Assembly: GCA_002269645.1 (NCBI GenBank)
Contig: NIVC01000335.1
Coordinates: forward strand, 1-55,517
Source: Macrostomum lignano
Lineage: Eukaryota
DNA: 55,517 nucleotides
Direction of reading: 5' to 3'
Shown: positions 49,846-55,517 of the stretch, in pieces
How positions within the stretch are numbered: position 1 is the stretch's first letter
How the letters are laid out: each line of letters begins with the position of its first letter
The notes under the pieces: model-generated
Seen by the model: only the letters and a program-made list of their open reading frames with translations
Told to the model about the DNA's origin: nothing
Database searches by the model: none
Program-made: the position numbers and the translations under genes

Positions 49846-51150
49846 CCGGTTCCTGTCTCTCTCTCGACTCTCACCTCAAGGGTTCCTGTCTCTCTCTCGA
49901 CTCTCATCTCAAGGGTTCCTGTCTCTCTCTCGACTCTCACCTCAAGGGTTCTTGTCTCCCTCTCGACTCTCATCTCAAGGGTTTCCTGTCTCCCTTTCGA
50001 CTCTCATCTCAAAGGTTCTTGTCTCTTCTTCAACTCTCATCTCAAGGGTTCTTGTCTCCCTCTCGACTCTCATCTCAAGGGTTTCCTGTCTCCCTTTCGA
50101 CTCTCATCTCAAAGGTTCTTGTCTCTTCTTCAACTCTCATCTCAAGGGTTCTTGTCTCTCTCTCGACTCTCATCTCAAGGGTTTCCTGTCTCCCTTTCGA
50201 CTCTCATCTCAAAGGTTCTTGTCTCTCTCTCGACTCTCATCTCAAAGGTTCTTGTCTCTTCTTCAACTCTCATCTCAAGGGTTCCTGTCTCTCTCTCGAC
50301 TCTCATCTCAAGGGTTCCTGTCTCCCTTTCGACTCTCATCTCAAGGGTTCTTGTCTCCCTCTCGACTCTCATCTCAAGGGTTCTTGTCTCCCTTTCGACT
50401 CTCATCTCAAGGGTTCCTGTCTCCCTCTCGACTCTCATCTCAAGGGTTCCTGTCTCCCTTTCGACTCTCATCTCAAGGGTTCCTGTCTCCCTTTCGACTC
50501 TCATCTCAAGGGTTCTTGTCTCCCTCTCGACTCTCATCTCAAGGGTTCCTGTCTCTCTCTCGACTCTCATCTCAAAGGTTCTTGTCTCCCTCTCGATTCT
50601 CACCTCAAGGGTTTCCTGTCTCCCTTTCGACTCTCATCTCAAAGGTTCTTGTCTCCCTCTCGACTCTCATCTCAAGGGTTCTTGTCTCCCTTTCGACTCT
50701 CATCTCAAGGGTTCCTGTCTCCCTTTCGACTCTCATCTCAAGGTTCTTGTCTCCCTCTCGACTCTCATCTCAAGGGTTCCTGTCTCCCTCTCGACTCTCA
50801 TCTCAAAGGTTCTTGTCTCCCTCTCGACTCTCATCTCAAGGGTTTCCTGTCTCCCTTTCGACTCTCATCTCAAAGGTTCTTGTCTCCCTCTCGACTCTCA
50901 TCTCAAAGGTTCTTGTCTCCCTCTCGACTCTCATCTCAAGGGTTCTTGTCTCCCTTTCGACTCTCATCTCAAGGGTTCCTGTCTCCCTCTCGACTCTCAT
51001 CTCAAGGGTTCTTGTCTCTCTCTCGACTCTCATCTCAAGGGTTCTTGTCTCTCTCTCTCGACTCTCATCTCAAGGGTTCTTGTCTCTCTCTCGACTCTTA
51101 TCTCAAGGGTTCCTGTCTCCCTCTCGACTCTCATCTCAAGGGTTCCTGTC
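49846..51150. repeat. 33/34-bp minisatellite (CTCGACTCTCATCTCAAGGGTTCCTGTCTCCCT)
   Basis: Direct reading. Confidence 0.97.
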
Positions 51151-51389
51151 TTCCCTTCCTATCTCCATCAACAGTAATTCTCTTGTCTTATTGTTGCTTA
51201 GAGTGGATTAATGGGACTCACAGAGCATAAGATTTAAGCACAGAAGCGTCCGAATATGCGTAAAATATTGTTAGAAAAGATATGCTTTTAATGAGTTTAA
51301 AATGTAGACGAGCATTTAATTCTACACATTTTTTAAAGATACGCTTTATCCATAAAATATTTTTACTTTCCTACTCACAGTAGTACACT

Positions 51390-51935
51390 GAGGTTTGAAA
51401 TCACGCGCAATGGGATGTGAGAGGGCTGGCGACGTGAAATCTTACACAAGAGGAAAGGGTGGGTGGGGTTTGAAATCACACATTAGGGAGAGAGAAGTGG
51501 GGTGGGGTTTGAAAACACACACTAGGGAAAAGGGGAGAGAGAAGTGAGGTGGGGGTTGAAAACACACACTAGGGAGAGAGGAGTGAGGTGGGGGTTGAAA
51601 TCACACACTAGGGAGAGAGAAGTGAGGTGGGGTTGAAAACACACACTAGGGAGAGAGGAGTGGGTAGGGTTTGAAAACACACACTAGGGGAGAGGAGTGG
51701 GGTGGGGTTTGAAATCACACACTAGGGGGAGAGGAGTGGGGTGGGGTTCGAAATCACACACTAGGGGGAGAGGAGTGGGGTGGGGTTTGAAATCACACAC
51801 TAGGGGGAGAGGAGTGGGGTGGGGTTTGAAATCACACACTAGGGAGAGGAATGGGATTGGAAATCTCATACAAGAGGGAGAGGGGTGGGGTTTGAAATCA
51901 CGCGCAAAAGGGAGTGGGGTGGGGGTTTCAAATAT
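51390..51935. repeat. ~40-bp G-rich repeat (GGGGAGAGGAGTGGGGTGGGGTTTGAAATCACACACTAG)
   Basis: Direct reading. Confidence 0.9.
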
Positions 51936-51985
51936 AACACAAAGAGAAAAGCAGTAAGATAAAAAATATGTTTAATTAACAAAAA

Positions 51986-52508
51986 TCATGTGCACTCGCA
52001 GTAGAGTCCGTCTGGAGCTACACCGCTGCCAGCAACGACTCTCTCGCAACCAGTGCAGATGCCTACATTAAGAAGCGAGCGCTGTTGCTTTTTCCTACAA
52101 AACCGCTGCCGAAACTGGTAGAAGGCCACACCAGCTGACACGATGGATACGCCCAGGACAGCGAAGCAGATAATTATGGGAGTTGTTTGATTTTGCGGGG
52201 CCTCAGAAACCTCGAATTGGTGCGGGCTTGTCTGTTCAAAAGTGCTAGTAGGGCTTGGAGTAGACCCGAGTGTTAAAACAGGTGTAGTAGTTTCCGGCCG
52301 GCAGGTCAGGTTGCAGGCGCCTGTCACATCGTATAGACAGCGAATGATGTCCTGCTCGCCTGAGGCAGGGCCCCCACATACTCGGTCGGGCAGTCTCGGC
52401 ATTCAACGCACATCGAGTCCGGGTGCTGGCAGGGACCACAGCTCAAAGACGAGGGACAGTCGGCGGCTTTGCGGAACTCGCTGCATGAAGACCGTAGGGC
52501 ATTGGCGT
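51986..52508 (-). CDS. Cys-rich type I membrane protein (TNFR/Grindelwald-like architecture), exon 2; needs +1 nt at the G5 run 52371-52375
   Basis: ttcatcAG|AC phase 1; frame A holds 7 Cys up to CPTEYVG, frame B continues GPASGEQDIIRC...CNLTC, S/T stalk, TM (IIICFAVLGVSIVSAGVAFY), basic RQRFCRKK; one extra G gives 190 aa; family assignment is by architecture only. Confidence 0.7.
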
Positions 52509-52554
52509 CTGATGAAGGGAAGCGGAAGTTGATGAGTTCAATGACCATAGAACT

Positions 52555-53160
52555 GGGAGTGGCGGCAGCTCAATGGAAGCGGAGAGAGGGTAGCAGCAAC
52601 TCCATGGAAGCAAAGAGACGGTAGCGGCAACTCCGTGGAAGCGGAGAGACGGTAGCAGCAACTCCATGGAAGCGGAGAGACGGTAGCGGCAACTCCATGG
52701 AAGGGGAGAGGGGGTAGCGGCAACTCCATGGAAGCGGAGAGACGGTAGCGGCAACTCCATGGAAGCGGAGAGGGGGTAGCGGCAACTACATGGAAGCGGA
52801 GAGACGGTAGCGGCAACTCCATGGAAGCGGAGAGGGGGTAGCGGCAACTCCATGGAAGCGGAGAGACGGTAGCGGCAACTCCATGGAAGGGGAGAGGGGG
52901 TAGCGGCAACTCAATGGAAGCAGAGAGGGGTAGCGGCAACTCTATGGAAGTGGAGAGAGGGTAGCGGCAACTCCATGGAAGCGGAGAGAGGGTAGCAGCA
53001 ACTCTATGGAAGGGGAGAGGGGTAGCGGCAACTCCATGGAAGCGGAGAGAGGGTAGCGGCAACTCCATGGAAGCGGAGAGAGGGTAGCAGCAACTCTATG
53101 GAAGGGAGAGGGGGTAGCGGCAACTCCATGGAAGCGGAGAGGGGGTAGCAGCAGCTCTAT
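52555..53160. repeat. ~31-bp intronic minisatellite (GGTAGCGGCAACTCCATGGAAGCGGAGAGAC)
   Basis: Direct reading. Confidence 0.95.
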
Positions 53161-53260
53161 GGACAGCGGATCAGAGAGGGTAGATTGGCCTTTCAAGGAC
53201 CTAGAAGTAGAACTTATCAACGTGCTCCACTGATAATCAAAATACCCCCAGATAACTTAC

Positions 53261-53309
53261 CTGCCCCACAGGTGTGGAGAAGCAGAAGCAGTGCAATCAC
53301 TAGAAGCAT
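53261..53309 (-). CDS. Cys-rich type I membrane protein, exon 1 (signal peptide)
   Basis: MLLVIALLLLLHTCGA G|GTAAGT, 49 nt, phase 1 matches exon 2. Confidence 0.8.
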
Positions 53310-53758
53310 TATTCAGCGGCTATTCACGCTATAGTATGATAAGGTCTAGTTTGCAGCTTTCTGCTTTATATGTTCTGTCTTGCTTTCTGCAGCGCCTGTA
53401 CCCACGTAAAATTTAAACATGGAACTGCATGAAGCCCAGGAAAATCGTGAATAAAGTACGAGCTTACCAACCGCGCAGTCTAAAAATAGGCCAGTCCGCG
53501 CACACAGCATTCTGCCGTTCTGTCTCGTCTAATAAAAATTGGAACCAAGTGTTGAGTCAGAGCTAAAAATATAATAGCTATTAATTTGCCCGCTGTACAG
53601 TGCCCGCTCGTACACTGCTCGTTAAAACTGTTTTTTCTAAAACCTCAATGAGTAATAAGTAGGTGGATGTACATGTATGAAGAATATAACTGAATGATTA
53701 CCCAAAAACAAAAGTCTTTTGTTTCACCACCAGCCACGCTGTGGCTAGAAAGGGGAAG

Positions 53759-54469
53759 TCAGAGAGCGCGTCTCTGGGCCATAGCCCTCAGAAAGTCACC
53801 CTCAGCTTGGTCCGGGGCGCCAGCATCGGTCAAAAGCCTGTCAGGGTATCTCGCCGTTCGCCCTTGGCCTCGCCTGCGCGGTCACTGCAGCTTGAGCAGC
53901 AGCACCTCGGCAGCGGCTCAGGGCAGCGAGCCCCCGACCGGATGACATGGCCAGCCAGTCGAAGTCGCCGCCCACGCAGTAGGTCAGAAGCAGAAGGCCG
54001 CATCAGGCGTGCCTCGTGAAGCGCGGCATTGGTCTCGCTGCCTGGACCGCTGCGCACTCCGAACGCCGCACGCAGCATGGCCGCATGTGCAGCGTCCAGC
54101 TGCCTCTCCAAAGCGTCCGTCATGGTCCAGGTCTCAACGACTGCCTGAAACAGCCGAGCCTTGAGCCCATCATCCAGAACGAAACGCGGCCCAGACCAGT
54201 CCTCGTCGTCTCACCAGGTCGTCGGCAACGTCCGGCACGAGGCCGCAGAGGTACAGGAACCGCTGGCAACGGGTAGGCATGATTGCCTCCCCGGCAGCGT
54301 CTCGGTAGTTGATCTCGGCAGGCAGGTCGAAAGGCACCGTGAAGACTACCGTCTTCCGCGCGTTCAGCATGAGGCCGACTCGCGATGCTGCTGCCGTCAG
54401 GCCATCCAGCAGCCGCTGAGCGCCTTCAGCCGACGACGGCGACGACGACAACAGCCGACGATTATCCAA
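53759..54469 (-). mobile_element. Decayed 5'-truncated RTE-type non-LTR retrotransposon fragment (RT C-terminal part)
   Basis: AQRLLDGLTAAASRVGLMLNARKT, FLYL, WTMT, RRLRLAGHVIR, RRGQGRT; several frameshifts and an in-frame stop. Confidence 0.85.
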
Positions 54470-55103
54470 CTACGTGCATGCGCTGAAGCAGATGGATAGA
54501 AGGGATGGGAAGTGTTCTAAGGATGATAGAAGATCAGAAGTCCCTACCGTAAGGGAACATAATCCTATGCATGAAATACAATTCTACGAGCGCATATTGA
54601 GTTCATAGAGCTACTTTTTTCTGAAATATAACCAGAGACCGACAGCCAAGAACAGTTCCGGAAAATTCCTGTTAATCTTTCGGAAGAAAAGATTTTTTTC
54701 TAGACGGGATTTTCTCGACTGAAGTTGTCTATGGCTAAAGCCTCTTTGTAAAATCTGTTTAGAGAACGCAAGCTTGTCAAAAATTTTTATTGGATTGAAG
54801 AGCGAAGCAACGCTGAAGACTCAGTTGAGAGTGCAAAATTCACAAATCACACGCATGTTTTTGCTCCTTTGAGTCAGTCAGTGTAATCCCAACCAGACGT
54901 TAAATTCTCCTTTTACTCGTAGGCTGGGTTAAGCCATAGACATCTAAAAAACGCAGACATTACACCTCCTTACATCATTTTACATGTACTTCTAACAGCA
55001 TGGATTTTATAGTGGACGGACAAAGCGAAAGAATTCTACATAACTAAATTCCTATACCATTTTGTGAATCGGTGTTGTTAGCACTCATTTTGGCGCCACA
55101 GAG

Positions 55104-55381
55104 CATGCAGCCTCGGCAATCTTTGGCCCGTGGGCCACATGCGGCCCGCAAAGCCTCTATCCGCCCTCGGGTCCTTTGAAACTTCACAATAGCAATCCGG
55201 CCCGCTCAAGTTTGTGTCTCTTCTCAGCTCTTCTTTCGCTCTCCTGTCCCCTATTTGATCTCTCGTCTCCTCGCTTCTCCTTCTCCCATCTCTCTTCTCT
55301 ATTCCCTCTCCTCTTTTGCCCCTCCTCATTCGCTGGGTTCTCTATCTGGCCCTTCAGGTAAAAAAAGTTTGCTGACCCCTG
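55104..55381. mobile_element. hAT/Charlie-like MITE, copy 2, inserted in a satellite
   Basis: Shares CATGCGGCCCGC...GGGTCCTTTGAAACTTCACAATAGCAATCCGG with copy 1; right TIR AGTTTGCTGACCCCTG; left TIR degenerate; flanks CCACAGAG/CCATAGTG. Confidence 0.75.
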
Positions 55382-55384
55382 CCA

Positions 55385-55517
55385 TAGTGACTCATTTTGG
55401 CACCGCAGACACTCATTTTTACCTCAGGCACTCATTTTGGCGGCGCAGACACTCATTTTTACCTCAGGCACTCATTTTGGCGCCGCAGACACTCATTTAT
55501 CACCTCAGGCACTCATT
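55385..55517. repeat. Satellite (GCACTCATTTTGGCGCCGCAGACACTCATTTTTACCTCAG), runs off the window end
   Basis: Direct reading; one partial unit also at about 55081. Confidence 0.85.

Noticed and set aside
52359-52380. A 22-nt GTATGT...CCTCAG mini-intron as a fix for the receptor frameshift
   Set aside because: Removing 22 nt enters the third frame, which stops at about 52245 before the TM helix; also far shorter than the 87-88-nt minimum introns seen here

Overview
Animal (eukaryotic) genomic DNA: GC-rich exons with GT-AG introns, and roughly half of the window (my tally about 26-27 kb) is made of about 35 separate micro/minisatellite arrays. That style plus TTAGGG-type repeats is consistent with a free-living flatworm such as Macrostomum (inference, not checked). 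I could splice five genes by hand: the 3' part of an otopetrin proton channel (+), a complete 3-exon DEG/ENaC channel (-, 620 aa), two tandem 7-exon non-alpha (beta1/UNC-29-like) nicotinic acetylcholine receptor subunits (+, 547 and 521 aa), and a small Cys-rich type I membrane protein (-, TNFR/Grindelwald-like) broken by a 1-nt frameshift in a G5 run. Mobile DNA: a 5'-truncated RNase H-bearing non-LTR retrotransposon, a decayed RTE-type fragment, two copies of a hAT-like MITE and one 62-bp-TIR element. The strongest signal is a 393-bp block, 98% identical between the two nAChR paralogues and covering the pore (end of loop C, M1-M3), while their ligand-binding exons are only about 78% identical; this points to domain-restricted gene conversion. 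Also notable are satellite arrays whose units mimic splice sites next to real junctions, two inverted satellite pairs (foldback-like), and non-canonical pore residues in both the otopetrin and the DEG/ENaC. All long low-complexity ORFs in the ORF track are repeat artefacts. No CRISPR, rRNA or tRNA was found.
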